From the NCBI GenBank assembly GCA_046563655.1, contig CM102288.1, positions 3,782,001 through 3,846,000 of the forward strand: a DNA stretch of 64,000 nucleotides, in the 5' to 3' direction. The position numbers and the translations under genes were made by a program. Shown here one piece after another: positions 39,866 through 53,200 of this stretch. Below the pieces are notes generated by a model that was given only the letters and a program-made list of their open reading frames with translations, was not told where the DNA came from and searched no databases. Within the stretch, counting starts at the first letter, position 1, and every line of letters starts with the position of its first letter. Origin of the DNA: Yuukianura sp. NJ FZ-2021. Lineage: Eukaryota.

Positions 39866-42800
39866 TTAGCGCAGACGCACCCGTTCCACTGCCATTGCGA
39901 GCATTCGAATGTTGTAAATCGCATCTGCTGCGCCATTGGCCAAGATCAAGTCAGGTGATCCAATCATGTTGATCAAGTACTAAGAAACACAAAATTAATC
40001 TTAAGCAAAGGTCAAAGGTCAAAGGTCAGGAAAATCATTTCGTTATGCCTTACGTCAACGACACCACACTGATGCATTGTGATACAATTGCGTGGATCCT
40101 TGGACAGTGCTGCCAGGGCTCTAGCGGCTGCTCTGTGAACAAGAGGATCTTCAGATTGCAAGTATCCGCAAATCGGACTCACGGCTTTCCGTTTTCCAAA
40201 ATCTTCAGCATTGCTTTTCCACTGGCAGCATTCAGCTATCGCTTCAGCAACATTCCTCCGGAGGAAGTCGTTTCTGGTCGGAGCCAGTCGGGCCAAGTGC
40301 TGACACACTCCATGGTCAGACATGATGGCCAAGTTTTCTTCATTCAGAGCAATCACTGCCACTGCCTGAGCAACTGCTGCTTGAACTTGGACATCTAAAG
40401 TCAAAAGCTCAAAATTAGTTTCAAAATTTCAAAATTTGTTTTAAAAAACTTACCCTCTGAGGTCAAAAGGTTAACAAGTGCTTCCAGCCCACCGACAAAA
40501 TTTCGCACAACATCTCCAGACTCTGGAAAACTTTCGACGTAGGGAGAAATTGCCCAAGCAGCACTCGCTTGAACACTCGGGTTGGGATGCTTGAGTAAAC
40601 TCCAGACCAATCGGAATCCATCTTGCTCGTCCATCTCTCGTCGTGCGTCGGCGTCAACCGCCAGTTGACCAACAGCCTTCGTTGCGTTGACCAAAATCAA
40701 TGGATTGTTGATCGTCAGAAGTCCAATGAGATATGGAATTGCTCCAGCCTTTTTGATTAAACCAGCATTGGCTGGTTCTGTTTTGATGATTTGCTCAATA
40801 GCACCAGCGACATTGGCCAAAATGTACTCCGGCTCGTCATCGAGCAGACGCACAAGAATTTCAACCAGGTTGAACGGACTCTCCAAGTATTTCTTTTCCT
40901 TGGCAATTGAACTTCCGCATTTCCAAATTGCCCCAGTTGCAGCAGCCAGCAGCGGCTAGTCGAAAATTCAAAAATTTGAAATTTTGGAAAAAATTTGAAA
41001 ATTTTTGAAAAAAAATACCTTGTTTTGTCGCAAAAACTCATCCGACATAATATTGATCAAAGGCTGCACGAAAAAAAGAAGTGCTTAAACCTGACACTTG
41101 ATTGAAAAAATCTTTGCAAAATTTTTCAAACTTACGTCCATGGCCCCTAAGTTGTAAACGATCTGACGAGATTCTGGATCTTCAGCACACTGCAAAGTAA
41201 AAAAACGAGAAAAAAGTTTTGAAAAACGGAAATTTTGATAACTTTTTTTTTCATAATATTCTTTTTTTCTGAATTTAGGGATTTGACCTTTGACCTTACC
41301 ATGTAAATTGCCGAGGCACAGAATTGGACCAACTGGAAATTGTTCGACTTGAGTCCATCAACAAAATCGACTAAAAGGCCCTGTTGTTTTTTGAAATTCC
41401 CAAAAGATTTCAATTTTACGTGCTTCAAAATAAAATTTTGAAATTAAAAAAAAATAAAAAAAACTTGCCTCTGTTCTGATGGCCAATCGGAAACTGGCTT
41501 CAGACGAACATTCATGCAGAATTCCGACGACTGGAATGATGACACTGACGTGCTTGCTTTTGAGCAGATTTGCAAGTAGAGGAATTGCACCAGCCCGACG
41601 AATTGCGTCTTTGTTCTTGGTTGACCTCGCGAGTGACCAGAGGCAAAGTGACCCGCACCGTGGAACATCAAAGTCAATGGCATCACCCTCCATGTTCTAA
41701 AAAAATTAGCAAAGTTTTCAAAATTTGAAATTGTTTTTCAAAAAAAGTTGCTTACATGCCACAAGTGGTTGCTCGGAATCTCAAGGTCAAGCATGTCCAC
41801 CAAACGATTGATTCCATCGCCTTTGCGCATAGCCCGTCGTGCTTTCCGGATTTTGGAAATATTTGCCAGTACTTCTGCTGAAAGCAGCTTCAACTCCTTG
41901 GCAGGATCACACAAATTTTTCACCAAAGTTTCAACGCCCTAAAAATTTTCAAAATTTTACTTCTTCGCATGCGTTTCACCGAAATTTTCAGAAATTTCGT
42001 TGGTTTACCTTCATGTTGAAGACGATTCGGCTGATTTCGGGATTTGTCGTAATTTCACGCAGGATCAGGAGAGAGGCAATCTTACAGCGATCTGAAATTT
42101 TGAAACTTGAAATCAAAAATATCAATTTCAAAATTTTAATATTTCTTACTTTCATCCGTTTCCAAAATGTTCACCAAAACGTCAATTCCAGCCGAATCTT
42201 GGATCGCTTTTTGGATAAAGTGATCTCTGAGGTTGAAATCCCGCAGAGTTGACATCGAGATGATCGTCGCAGTAGGATTACCGGCCTACATTTTCAAAAA
42301 AAGCAAAATTTTAAACATGCGAAATGTCAAAACACACTGAAAAGTCATAAATCACCTTGATATACTTGATGAGACGCTGAACTTGCCAGTATTCCGGTGG
42401 AATTTCGCTTGGAGGGATCGGAGCGTCCGTTTCCCCTTCGGATTCTGGTGACGATTCAGCGTCAGAAGACAAAAGTACTTGGCCTTTCCGTACTTTTCGA
42501 CGGATGGAACTCATGCTTCCGCCATCTTCGGTTTCCAAATCGTCAAATCCCTCGTCCTCATCGTCGTCAAGGTCATCCAGATCCAATCCCTCCATCAGAA
42601 TGTCATCTTCGTCTTCATCTGCTCCTTCACCATCTTCTTCATCTGCATACCGAGCTCTGCGGGGTCTGCGGGTAGCCAAATCTGGAGCTCTCATGGTGGA
42701 TCCAGTAGGTGCAAGAATGCCCGTTTCCTCTGAAGGTGGTTCAAGGTCATCGCTTGGCGGAGGCTCAGCAGCGATTTCTAGTGGTTCTGGGGCTGGAACT

Positions 42801-42901
42801 GGTTCGGGTGGTGGACTCGGCCCACCATCGTCAGTGTCAGTTGTATCTCCTGGAGTGGTCGACGGCGCCTCGCCACCAGAAGTATCTTCAGAATCAGACA
42901 T
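39866..42901 (-). CDS. ARMC4: Armadillo repeat-containing protein 4 / outer dynein arm docking subunit 2 (gudu)
   Basis: EIPPEYWQVQRLIKYIK, LCLWSLARSTKNKDAIRRAG, LVWSLLKHPNPSVQASAAWAI, DPRNCITMHQCG and the C-terminal NIRMLAMA. Confidence 0.9.
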
Positions 42902-43088
42902 TTTCAACAAAAAGTTTAATTAGAAAAAAAATTCAAGTACTAATTGAAGTATCTTCAAGTAATTGAAGATTCGACTTATCGAAATTACGAAAAAAAAGCA
43001 GATCAGAATCAAAATCCAAGACAAAACTGAACCTGAAACAGAAAATCCGAGGAAACTGAAAATTCAAATGTTTGTTTGAAGAATCGAC

Positions 43089-43102
43089 GTAACCATGGCA
43101 AC
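43089..43102. promoter_or_regulatory. RFX X-box upstream of ARMC4
   Basis: GTAACCATGGCAAC matches the X-box consensus GTHNYY-AT-RRNAAC and lies ~190 bp upstream of a ciliary gene ATG. A forkhead-like TGTTTGTTT is at ~43069. Confidence 0.75.
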
Positions 43103-43378
43103 GCCAACTCATTCAGTAACGAATTTAATAATTTGAGAACTGGATGTTGAGGTGTTGGGAGAAAAAAATTCCAGTTGGATTTGAAATGTCGGAAAATTCG
43201 TGTATCTCAACTTCAAATGCTTCTTCGAGATCAGCGGTCAATGTTAATTTTCTAAAAGTTGTGACATTTTAACCGGTCAATAGTATCACTTAAATTGAAA
43301 TAACTAATTAGTTAATATAAGTAATTAGTTAATTAACCATTTAAATTGTAATTACTCGTAATACTCGTTTTCTAAATG

Positions 43379-45888
43379 CTAGTTATGCGGAGCCCTTTCT
43401 CCTTGGCTATACTGGATCCACCTAGCGGCAGTAGTTTCGAAAATTGGATCTTCATTGATACTTGCTAAAATGAGGAGCTGATTAATGTGAGTCACGTGGT
43501 AATCGAGTCGTGCCAGGTTTGGAGCAATTCCAGGCACTGTAAAATGTCGGAGGTCATAAAACGTTCCGCTGCCAGTATCATACAGTGGCAGCATTTTGAT
43601 CAAACTTCGCATTCCTTCGTTGTACAATTTTCGCGCCTTTTCTGTAGCTCCAGGAATCCTAAGCGTTTGTACATCGTATAATCCTAGCAGTGAGTAGATG
43701 AAACCTGACAACAAAACAAAAAAAAAACCAAAAAGTTTTTTAGGAAACGTTTGTTCAAAATTGTGTGAAAAGTTGAAATATTTTACCATTTAGCACAAAA
43801 GAGGAAGGCGTCGTGGGATACTCTTCGTACCAAACATATTCGTCCATGAACATAGCTCGGACACCGAGATTGTCCGTCCCAGAGTGGTCAAAGATAGACT
43901 TGAGTGCTTTTTCACAAGCTAACGAGTATTTGGAGTCTTTGGTAAGAGCGTAGGCACGTGACAAGAGTGACAGTCCATGACCTTGACCCATGGCAGAGTA
44001 CCAGCCAGGTCGCAGCATCGGATAGAAATTGGAATTTTGATGAAACTTGCGAGCAACTGGAATTGACCACCCACCTTGTCCATCTTGGTTTTCCACGAAC
44101 CAATCAACAGCCTGGAAGAACTGACTTCGATGCTCAGTATTGGCCAGTGTAATGTTGTCAATGAGCAGCGGAATGTCAAAAGAGTTGACATTTGATATCG
44201 AAAGTGAGTCCAGGATAATCTTGGATCGTTGTACTTTTAAACTCTTTTTCTTTGTTCTCCCGCCAGTGGAAAATCCAATGCCTTTTTCCAAGTCTACTCC
44301 GATATTTCGTACAATGTGGTGCCATTTTCGTTGACTTTTGTTTCCAAGTCCATGGAAGATATGTTTATCCTGCAAAGATAAAACTATACTGTTATGCTTA
44401 TCCAGTTAGCTTATCTTAAAATAAAAGACATGTTTTCCTACCTGTACTTTGATGTAAAAATCACCGGTAACATAATGTAGAAAAAATTCTTGAGATTCGT
44501 ATCGAACTTTGACGGTAAGAGTAATATTTGACGTTGATCCGCCGTTATGCTTATCGCGACTTATCGAGCGAAAATCCAAACTCAAAATGAGCATTTGAGA
44601 CCGAGTGGTGTCCAGGGAGAGTTTGACACTTTGTGTAACTGTGTCCAGAGCATTGTCATGAATAACCCCTGTTCAAGGAAAAACAACGGTGTGGGAAAAT
44701 AAAGTGTCAATTTAACAGTTCATGCACTTCTTCAATTGATGATAGATGGTACCTTACCTGTAGCCTTGATTGCTATAACTTGACGATTTGGATTGTCCGG
44801 GTCAGGAACTGATTTGACCTGTTGTGTCCCTGGTGGAATCCATTTCCCTTTGACATCGCGACCATTGGCCACGATGACTCGAGTTGGACTTTTCTCTGTC
44901 ACGTACTTGCTGTAATGTGACAGACCGAACTGTGCAATTTGAATTGGATAAAAGTATCCGTTGACATCCCACTGTGTTGACACTGGAACACCTAACCATA
45001 AGAAGACAAGGAATTAGTTTAATAATTCCTACGTTCCAGTGACGATATTGAAAAAATCAATACCTGTACTACCACTGATACACTTCACACGATCCCTGAC
45101 CTCGACGTTGTAATTTTCGAAAAATGCAAATACTCCTTCGGGATCGTACCGTTGTTTCGGTCGGTAAATTTTTATCGGCGCACTGTGAAACCACAGAAAC
45201 GTATCTGCCTTTGTGTCGGACATTTTCCCAAAAACCTAGAAGAATAGAAACAGAAGTTGGTCAATTAAATCGATTCTAATCCCATTCTAATCCATAGTTT
45301 TTGCAAATTTCTACAATAAGAATTCGAATCTGAATTTTGAAATGTTACCTCGAAATATTTGCGAAGAAAACTGAACGGCACATAAACTTCGTCATCTTCT
45401 CCTTTCTTGCAATCAATCATAAACTTTCCAGAGTTGACATCACACGTGACATCGGTGAATACTGAACTTTTAGACATTGATGGTTTCCGTAAAGGTTTCA
45501 GTGCTTTGTCATTGCCAAGATTTTCTTCTCCCGGGGCTGACAACGGGTCAAAGTCATTAGTTTCTACGTGATCTTCAAACGGGTAGTCAACAATCTCTTT
45601 TCCAGCCTTGGATATGTCAACAGCCTTGACCTCTCTCACTGGATCTCGATGGTTTGAGTAGTAATGCATGTCAATGTCCTCTTCCTGTAATCAAGCATCA
45701 CAATTCACTAAAAAAAACAAACTCAAAAGTTCTAAACTTGTTTAGTATTATTTTTTTCTTACCAAATCTGGAGAATTAAATGCAGTGGCTTTTTTGTTGA
45801 ACGTTGACCTTGACATTATGAGGATCGTCAGCCCCAGTCCCACTATGACTAGAGCTATAAAGCTCTTCAAGCTAATTAATCGTGGCAT
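43379..45888 (-). CDS. GLCE: D-glucuronyl C5-epimerase (heparan sulfate epimerase)
   Basis: N-terminal signal anchor, then [65 protein letters not shown] and GERAPHN*. Confidence 0.96.
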
Positions 45889-47225
45889 ATCCCGGTAAAG
45901 TCCTTATGTCCTTTGTAGTGATAAAATACTTAACATGTGCTTCCGTCGGTAATCGTAGTTGAGCCTTTTAGCGATATCGCCTCCATGACCTCTTGACCTG
46001 CCACTGCCTAAGTTAGGAACAATACGAAGGGATTAATTATTGAGCAAAAGAGTTAACAATTTGCTATGTTTCTGGAATCACCTGACAAGCGATGGTTAAA
46101 TTGAATCTTTTCATCCTTATTCTTCTGCGCCCTATCATCTGCTGTGGGGCAGGGGCTTTCTCTGCCAAAAAAAAAATTGCAAAGATGCAAAAATAGTGAA
46201 ACAACTAAAGTGAAGATGTGTAACAGTGTAACACAACTTGTGTTACACAATTAAGCAATAATTGATACCCCGTTTTTCATCTTTACATCAACTTCAACAT
46301 CACTTCTGTTATCTAATCTGGAATTCCTGGAGTCTGGAGTTCCAAACCTTTCCTTTGATAAAAAAAACTTTCTTACCAGTAAAAAATGAATCATAAGCAA
46401 ATATTAATATTCTACTGTAAACAATAAAGTTAACGACATTAGTTTAACGACGACGTTGACAAGACTTTTGAACTTATTTTTAGTTTCCCCTTGTACAACT
46501 AACAGGGTGGGTGTTTGATGAAAGGAGTGATGGTTTGAGAAAGTTCAAGAAGAAGCCCAAGGTCAAAGGTGACACAAGTGAATTTTGAGGATTAATTGTT
46601 AATTACATCATTGTCATCGCATAGAGTCGCATAGAGTATTTAAGAGATTTCAGATGTCTGCTATTACATCAAATATCAAAGACCAATCCTCAATCTTTGG
46701 AAATTGGTTCTGTTTTCTGTTCCTACGGATCAATTCATCATTGAAAGTGAATTGAAAACTTCAAGTCGATAAAGTGCCGTTTTTTCTGATTCTTCGATAA
46801 GCTTAAGCTAAACTTGGGTTTCCAGACTTTCTCCACAATCTGTGCAACGGAAAGTTTTTACTACGGCTAACAGGTGAGGCAATACACAAACTTTTACTTT
46901 AAACTGCAAATTTTTCAGCACCTTGAAGAAAAATCAGAGTGTGAAAGTCCGGATTCTGGGACTTCCAGAACCATATCCAAGCAAGTATTGAAATGAACCG
47001 ATTTTGGGGTTCAGTTCACAGTAATTTGGTGAAAATGAACCATTTTTGTGTGATTCCAACAAATCGTCACAACCGGAAAATGCGGTTGGCCAAAACTGGA
47101 TTTTCAGACCTTTGTCATTCGGAATTATCCACTTCCTAGTTTCTTTCCGTGTAGCGCACTTAAATTCAAATGCTAATTTTGGAATTAAAGAACACTAATT
47201 ACATTTTGCTTTTAATTACTTTAGA

Positions 47226-48593
47226 ATGCCACAATTACCTACAGAAACAGTTGCAACCAACGGTGGACACCATTCCAGTCATCTAGACCACGATCCCAAG
47301 GAAGAGGAAGATGACATCAGTAACCTTCCAGAAAAAGTCAGAGGTAGACATCACTCAATTAACTTAATCTTTAGACCAGGGCTGAGTACTCTAACTAAGC
47401 TTGAGTTTGTTTGATTCACAGGAATGCGAATGCCGTACATGCCAAGAGGTCAATCGTTCACTGAAGATCACTTGGTTTCTCACGAACCCTTCGCCCAGTT
47501 CAACCTGTAAGTTCGGACAGTGTCCGGCGGACATTAGACAGTTTCGGACTTCTTTCTTAGTAAAATCCTAATTGATGGTTTTTGGTTTAGATGGTTCCAA
47601 ATGGCCTGTCAACTGGACGGAATCCAGGAGCCGAATGCCATGTCACTAGCAACAGCAACAAAGTACGTTGACCCTTGACCTCGAAGAGGTCAATAGTGTA
47701 ACCAACAAATCCAGCGTGTGCTGGAATCAAAGCCTTATCGATTTGTTTAATTTTCCAGGGATGGAAAACCGTCTGTCCGAATGGTTCTTCTGAAAGGATT
47801 TGGACCAGAAGGATTCAAATTCTACACCAACTATGACAGTAGAAAGGGCAAGGAACTGGTATGTTAACTAATTAATTAAAGAGTAATCTGTAATTAACTT
47901 TGTCGAATACTGCCAAAGTGCCAAACAAATTAGTACACTCCATATAAAGCTTCTCGGAATCAAGTTTACCTGATTTTAACCTAACTCGACTTGTCTATTA
48001 GGAGGAAAATCCTTATGCGGCAATCAACTTCTTCTGGGAAGTAATCAAGAAGTGTGTAAGTTTTAATTTTTTAATTGATTAATCGTCGTTGTACATTAGT
48101 TTACCTTTGACCTTTGTTTAAAGGTTCGTATTGAAGGACGGGTTGAGAAGTTGAGTGATGCTGAATCTACGGAATACTTTCATTCCAGACCTGTTGGAAG
48201 TCAAATAGGCTCTGCAATTAGTGAACAGTCGATTCCAATTGAAAGCAGAGCAGTTTTGCTAGAGAAAGAACAGGAAATGCTCAAGATTTATACCGATGAT
48301 AATCCAGTTCCACGACCTCCGTCATGGTAAGGTCACCACTTAACTCTTTCCTGGGAATCGCTGATTTATGATATGATTTTATGGTAGAAAGATCAGCGAT
48401 TTGAAAATATCACTTCTGATTTGACAGGGGTGGATATCTCCTAGTTCCCGACACGATGGAATTTTGGCAAGGTCACGTCAACCGTGTCCATGACAGGATC
48501 AGGTTCCGTCGACCTGGTCCAGGGGAAGTTCCGGATGGAAAAATCTTACATGCTGGTGAGAACGGATGGGTTTATGAGCGTCTGTCACCTTGA
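47226..48593 (+). CDS. PNPO: Pyridoxine/pyridoxamine 5'-phosphate oxidase, multi-exon
   Basis: [64 protein letters not shown] and WVYERLSP*. Confidence 0.95.
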
Positions 48594-48760
48594 ATCTCTG
48601 TACATGTTCCTTATCCTTAGCAACGGTCGGAATTTTAGAATTGGACTTTACTTTAACGATTAATTTTCAGTTTGAGTTGTAATTGAGCAATATGGACAAT
48701 CATTCCCAGATAAAAGTATAAAAGTAGCAAGTTTACAGATTCTGTAGCACAATACTGCTG

Positions 48761-49857
48761 CTAACTTTTCCATTTGACGGAGATAATTTCACGTTGTACT
48801 CCAGTGCGAAATACTTGAACTACTTGTGATTCCATACTTCCATCGCTTTCAACAACACTTTGAAATGCTTTCGTTCCGCCACCGACTCCAAAATAACAAG
48901 TTTTCGCTGCCAGCAGCCTATAAACAGCACAAATTGAAAAATTTGGAAAACGTATCATAAAATATGTCTAGCCTTAATAGATTTTAGCTTACATGGTTCC
49001 ATTGGGTTTCAAGCAGGTTTTGATCAGTGAACAAAGTGCTGGAAGGTACTGAACGTTGTACACTGTTTCGGAGGATAGGATATAGTCATACTGGAAATGC
49101 TGTTGAATTTCGCTGGGAGATTCCTGAATGTGACGATTGAATGCTGTCCAGTCTCCGCTCATAAATCGACACCTAGAAACGTTTTCATCGTTGTGGTTCA
49201 GAATCACGTTCGGGATGGTCAGGAAATTGAGCACTTCTGGATTCTGAACAAAAACAAAAGGCCAAATTATTTGAAACAATCGTTGATCGTTGTTGGACAA
49301 TGAAATCGTTGAAAAAGCGTTTTTACATAATCGTGAAAGTGGACAGTCGCTGCTCCTCGACATAGCGCTGAGAGTCCAAGGAGACCGGAACCACATCCCA
49401 GATCCAGAACTTGGGTATTCGTAAACGACGTATTCTGTATCATCTTCATCAGGTCAAAGGTACATTCCCAGATCTTAAAACCACCTAAATAACAAACAGC
49501 ATTAATTGATTATCGAAACATCAATCATTAAAACTAGCGCTTGGGCTTTTGGTCACCTTCGTACACCCCCGAGATAAGGTCCGACGCTGAATTGGATATT
49601 TTGGACACCACGGTATCATTTTCCACAAACTTGGAGTTGAGCAGCTCGTGTAAGTTGATGTACTTGATTGAGCCACTTCCGGTTGAAATGCTTTCATATG
49701 CTGTTGTTGACGTTGGAATTTGCCTGGCAATAGTGTAATGACGCTCTTCAATTAAGTGGTCCTGGAAAGTATTTAGCTGATTAGCGTCATCAGTCGCTGT
49801 TTTGTCAGTCTCGCGGGTTCTATCGTCAACGCCGTCATCCTTCAGGAATTTGAACAT
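48761..49857 (-). CDS. METTL18: Histidine protein methyltransferase 1 homolog
   Basis: DLISGVYEG/GFKIWECTFDL, VLDLGCGSGLLG, YDYILSSETVYN and AAKTCYFGVGGG. Confidence 0.92.
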
Positions 49858-50280
49858 TATTTCCGTCCAATATCTTCAACTGCAAGCAACAAAAATCAAA
49901 ATGTTAGACAAAGTTGTGCTATTAAGGTCAAAGGTCAAGTTAGTTATGTTAAGGTAAAGCACTAACGGTATTTTATCCACGTTTGTTTAGATCCAGTCAA
50001 AAAAAAAGTCGAGGCTTGCGTGGTCTGGTCATGGTCAAGTGCCATTCATTCTGCCATTCTGAAATCAGCTGGATTGAATCCAAAACGGCTCATCTTCTCC
50101 ACTTCTCCTCCATCCAGTACCAGCTGTCTACTACATCATTTCGTCACTGATTGTTCATTTGTTTACCTCTTCGTCATCTCAATTAGTTCGGTAAGTAATT
50201 CTTTCCTATCTGCTCTAATTGATCCATAGTCATACACGCAACGTCAATTTGTCGTTTCTTTAGTTAAACTGAAGTGGGAT

Positions 50281-53200
50281 ATGGTAGTGATCAAGCAAAT
50301 CAAATCCTACGACCTTCCTGCACTGTTTCCATCAAAAGTTGGGGTCATCGCTGTGTCAGTGGACAACCAAGTTGTCACCCTTCATCGCAAAGGAGCACTA
50401 ATTCTTGTAAGTAATCAACGTTACATGAGAATAAGGGGGTGTGGTGCAGGATGTTTAATTGTTGTTAGTCTACTGATACTTAATGATACAGTTCTATTCT
50501 TAACGTGTACTTGGAAAGTAATTGTTAATTAGTTGTAGTAGGTTCTGGGTTAGTCAAAAATCATAAATGAAGGGGTAAATAGGGCTGATGAGTCACTTTT
50601 TTTTGGAGATACTGTCGATAGTTTGTCTTTTGTTGGGTAACACGCAACTTTTTATCTTTTGTTTGTAGTAACTCTCGGTAAATATTTGACGGTCACTGTC
50701 CATCATTCGAAAAATACCAGTTGTGGTGTGCCCATTACGGTAACTGAAACTGAACTTCTGGAAGATCAATTTCCTAATTTTGATCTTTAGATCTCAGCCT
50801 CCTCCAGATCTTCATAACTGTTAAACATGTTAAAATCAATGTCAAGATTCTACGGCATCATAATAATCGTCATACTGCTGCCAAGTTCTCTGTCCCAGAA
50901 GTTAGTGCTAGACAAAGGTGGATTTTCGGGCAAAGATGTAACACCAATCGTCTTTGGTTCTGAAGAGAGCAAGGAAGTATTTCCAGTGGCTTATGCCGAT
51001 TTCAACTCAGACAAAATCACCGACATTCTGAGCCTGTCACGCGATCAGTCCACTTTGTCCATTTGGTTTGGCCAAGAAACACTTTCTCCTCTATTCAAAC
51101 AGTCAATCCAATGCAGTCTGCAAGAAAACTGGGAAGGTGTTGGATATGCTGGACGAAACGCTCCAATGAAAATAGTCGGAGTCGTTACTGCTGATTTCAA
51201 TGGAGATTCAATTCTTGATGTCATGATTACCTACAAGAGGAATCCAGAAAAGGTGTTGCATAACGACGGAAATGCTTGTGTCAACGTCACGAGCAGTGTG
51301 GAAGCTGTCATTTTCCGAGGAAACTTGACAACTTTAGAGTGTAACTTGCCAGTACTTCCGGATCATGTCATTGATAATCTCGTGGATGAACCTTTGGCTC
51401 TTGACATCAATGGTGACATGGTCATGGACCTGTTTGGGGAAGTTTATGTTCCGGGAAACCTTGATGCTGAGAAAAATTGTTCAAGAGTGAAGATTGAAAA
51501 GAAAATTTGGTTGTTCAAGTCCACTTCAGCAGGAGACTTTACTTCGACACCCATTTTGCCGCCCACACCAATCAATTTCACACTGGCCGATCACTCTTTC
51601 CCTGACCCACATGACACCGTCAACTGTACGAGACCGCATGTCAACTCTTTTGGTGACATTGACGATGACGGCGTTCCAGAACTGATTCTCATAACCGGAA
51701 AACTACAAGAATCGCATGACCACAACAACTCCTGGAAGTACCAACGAAAAATTTACCAAATCAAGCTGGACGATCCCACTGTACCGAAGTTTCGTCTGAT
51801 GCTGCCACCAGTAGACATCACATCTCCAAGTCTGGTCGATCCACAAGTCATTGGTCAACCAATCCTGATGGACTTGAACCAAGAAGCCAAACTGCTTCAA
51901 CTATTTCCATTTTGCTCTGGAAAACATTGCGGCAAGGGTGCCAATGGAATCTTGGTTGTCACTGAAAATAGAACAGAAGTTTTACCGATCGACTTTGGGG
52001 ATGCTACTGGAAAATGGCATTACGATTTCAACAAGCATGAGAAACAGTATCCCAATGGCAGTCCACACTCAAACTACTCTCAAGCCCTGACACTTCGGGC
52101 GGGAGATTTCAATTTGGATGGATTTCCAGACCTTATCGGAATTCTTCGACCTTCTGGAAGAGAAAAGGAGCGGGAAATTATAAACAGTCGAGCAGTTTTG
52201 TTCGAAAACGTTCCATGTACGTCCTCTGACAAATCGACATGTCCATTTCCCAGAACGTTTAAGATTAACTTTGATGCTCTTAACCAATACCATAATGTCA
52301 CTTTGGCCACATTCTTTGACCTCCACGAAGACGGCCTCGTTGACATCATCATTGTTCGCAAGACAGACGACAAGTCAGAGCGATACAAAGACACTTACTC
52401 AGTCTATGCTTTTCAAAATAGTCCAGACTACGATGCCAACTTTATGAAGGTCATGGTCCTGTCCGGGCTACCCTGTCTACTATGTCCACAGACTCAGACA
52501 CCTTATGGAAACCTTCTATCCGGTCCAGTCATCAAGTACATGACGACAACTCAGGCAGATCGGTATCAAACAGCAGTTGCTGCGCAGTTTTACCGTTCGT
52601 CTCATTTTGCTCTGGATTTACCCTATACGATCTTCGGTGTCGGTCAATCACCGAACTTCATTGAAACACTTGAGATTTCGGTATCGACCAATCGGAGTTT
52701 GCGTACTCAACAGTGGCAACAACTCATACCCAACTCCCAGATAATTGTCATTCCAGCACCACTGGACCAACCGTTTTTCTGGAGTGCCAAGTTGTTTCTA
52801 ACACCAAGTCGAGCTGTTCTGAACACTGGACTTGTTCTAATTGGATTCTGTACCGTAATTTGTCTTATAATTGGCGGACTCCAATATAAGGAAAGGCGAG
52901 ATGACATGAAGGAGAGACTTCAAGAAGCTTTTCATATGATGTGAACCTCAAAATATTAATTTTAGTCTTATTTTTGTGCCACATTTTCCTTCTACTATGT
53001 TTAGTAATCTAAAAAATGTAATTAATCATGAACTAATTAAGTAATTAATTAATTATTTTGTCGTTAATTAACAAAAACCCAACATGTTATACCGCACTAT
53101 GACTAATTTATTCTCTAACTTTTACAATATAATCAATTACACAGTAGATTGAGATCTGCGCACAACTAAATGCCTGAATTATGCTAAATTAGAATAAAAC

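Noticed and set aside
50585..50640. Hammerhead ribozyme suggested by CTGATGAG
   Set aside because: No matching stem II closing with GAAA and no stems I/III. The overlapping TGAGTCA is more simply an AP-1-like site.
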